A stretch of 64,000 nucleotides of DNA, from NCBI GenBank assembly GCA_030141605.1, contig JAQGDQ010000719.1:1-64000 (forward strand), read 5' to 3'. The translations under genes were made by a program, and so were the position numbers. This DNA is from Tubiluchus corallicola. Taxonomy: Eukaryota > Animalia > Priapulida. The notes beneath the pieces were generated by a model. It saw only the letters and a program-made list of their open reading frames with translations. It had not been told where the DNA came from and made no database searches. This document shows, piece after piece, positions 63,183 through 64,000 of the stretch (positions within the stretch are counted from its first letter, which is position 1; each line of letters starts with the position of its first letter).

Positions 63183-63720
63183 TTCAAGTTTTCAAGATTT
63201 TCAAGATTTCAAGATTTATTTATTCAGCTAACGGCAGGAACACATACAAATTGAGTTTTCTGTAATAATTTAAAACTGTAAATTACAAATGTGTGGCTGA
63301 GGAGACGGCGTGATGGCTCTGTAAATAATTGAAACCGGATTCACAACAATTTTTGCGTCGAGCTAGGGTATGTGGTACAACGGAGAATATATGAAAGAAC
63401 ATATGCAAAGAAATGGGATTCGTTTAACTATCTTGTTATCTTTCCAAACATTACCCTGCTAATATATTGTATAAAAAATGGGCAATAATAATTTACTATT
63501 ACTAAGTTATAATTTACTACTACTACTATCTTGCTAGTAATAGGAAGTATCATTTGATGTTCATCCTGGAAGAAAATTTAGAATTCCTTGGAAAGAGGAG
63601 AAACTGGATTACCTGGTGAATGAGTCTTTTTTACAAACGCTTCTACCAATATGATGGGTTACGAGTTAATTGGGGGAATGTTTTCTTTTTCTGGAAAGAG
63701 AAATGTAGTAACAGACCTTC
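63183..63720 (-). mobile_element. Probable decayed LINE 3' end
   Basis: On the minus strand, AATAAATAAA is followed by a short (TCTTGAAA)n tail, as at L2/CR1-group 3' ends. Upstream there is weak QFSSFQG..NFLP similarity to an ORF2 C-terminus. Confidence 0.35.
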
Positions 63721-64000
63721 TTGATGCGCAATGAACAGATGCACAGTTGATCCTAAATCAGACCTGCTTGACAATAGATTTCTGCAATCTGTCAATTTTG
63801 CATGTATTTCTTAGGAATATGATTTTAATCTCGTAATATGTATGGCCAACCAGTATTAATAAACTGTCATACGGCCACATGTGAACAGCACTGTGTAAAT
63901 GCAACATTGCACTAAAATCTGGGCAAGAAAATGAGGGTTTTTCATGTCTTTTTTGTCGCTGTCATGCAAAACTAATGAGCTAGACAAAAGCTCTCCAAAA

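Overview
AT-rich eukaryotic (metazoan, probably invertebrate) genomic DNA. The main feature is one complete + strand gene of the CELF3/4/5/6 subfamily (CUGBP Elav-like; Bruno-3/UNC-75/ETR-1 type). It has 11 phase-compatible GT-AG coding exons from ATG 17873 to TAA 53692, about 470 aa in the shortest form, encoding RRM1-RRM2-Q/A-rich linker-RRM3. Intron 2 is 23.6 kb, and there is a probable long UG-rich 3' UTR. The rest is repeats: a 108-bp satellite array (1-2930), two tRNA-Asp pseudogene copies, a hAT-type MITE with an 8-bp TSD, a tRNA-derived SINE with a TSD, a decayed CR1/L2-group LINE, Helentron/HINE-like elements and many microsatellites. Most notable are the frame-preserving alternative splice sites clustered in the CELF linker (including a candidate 39/42-nt cassette exon), a candidate 8-nt poison microexon and recursive splice sites in intron 2, an intron made of tandem copies of its own 3' splice site, an inverted pair of degenerate Penelope-type minimal hammerheads, and clusters of RFX X-boxes and E-boxes. 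All coordinates were counted by eye and no database searches were run.
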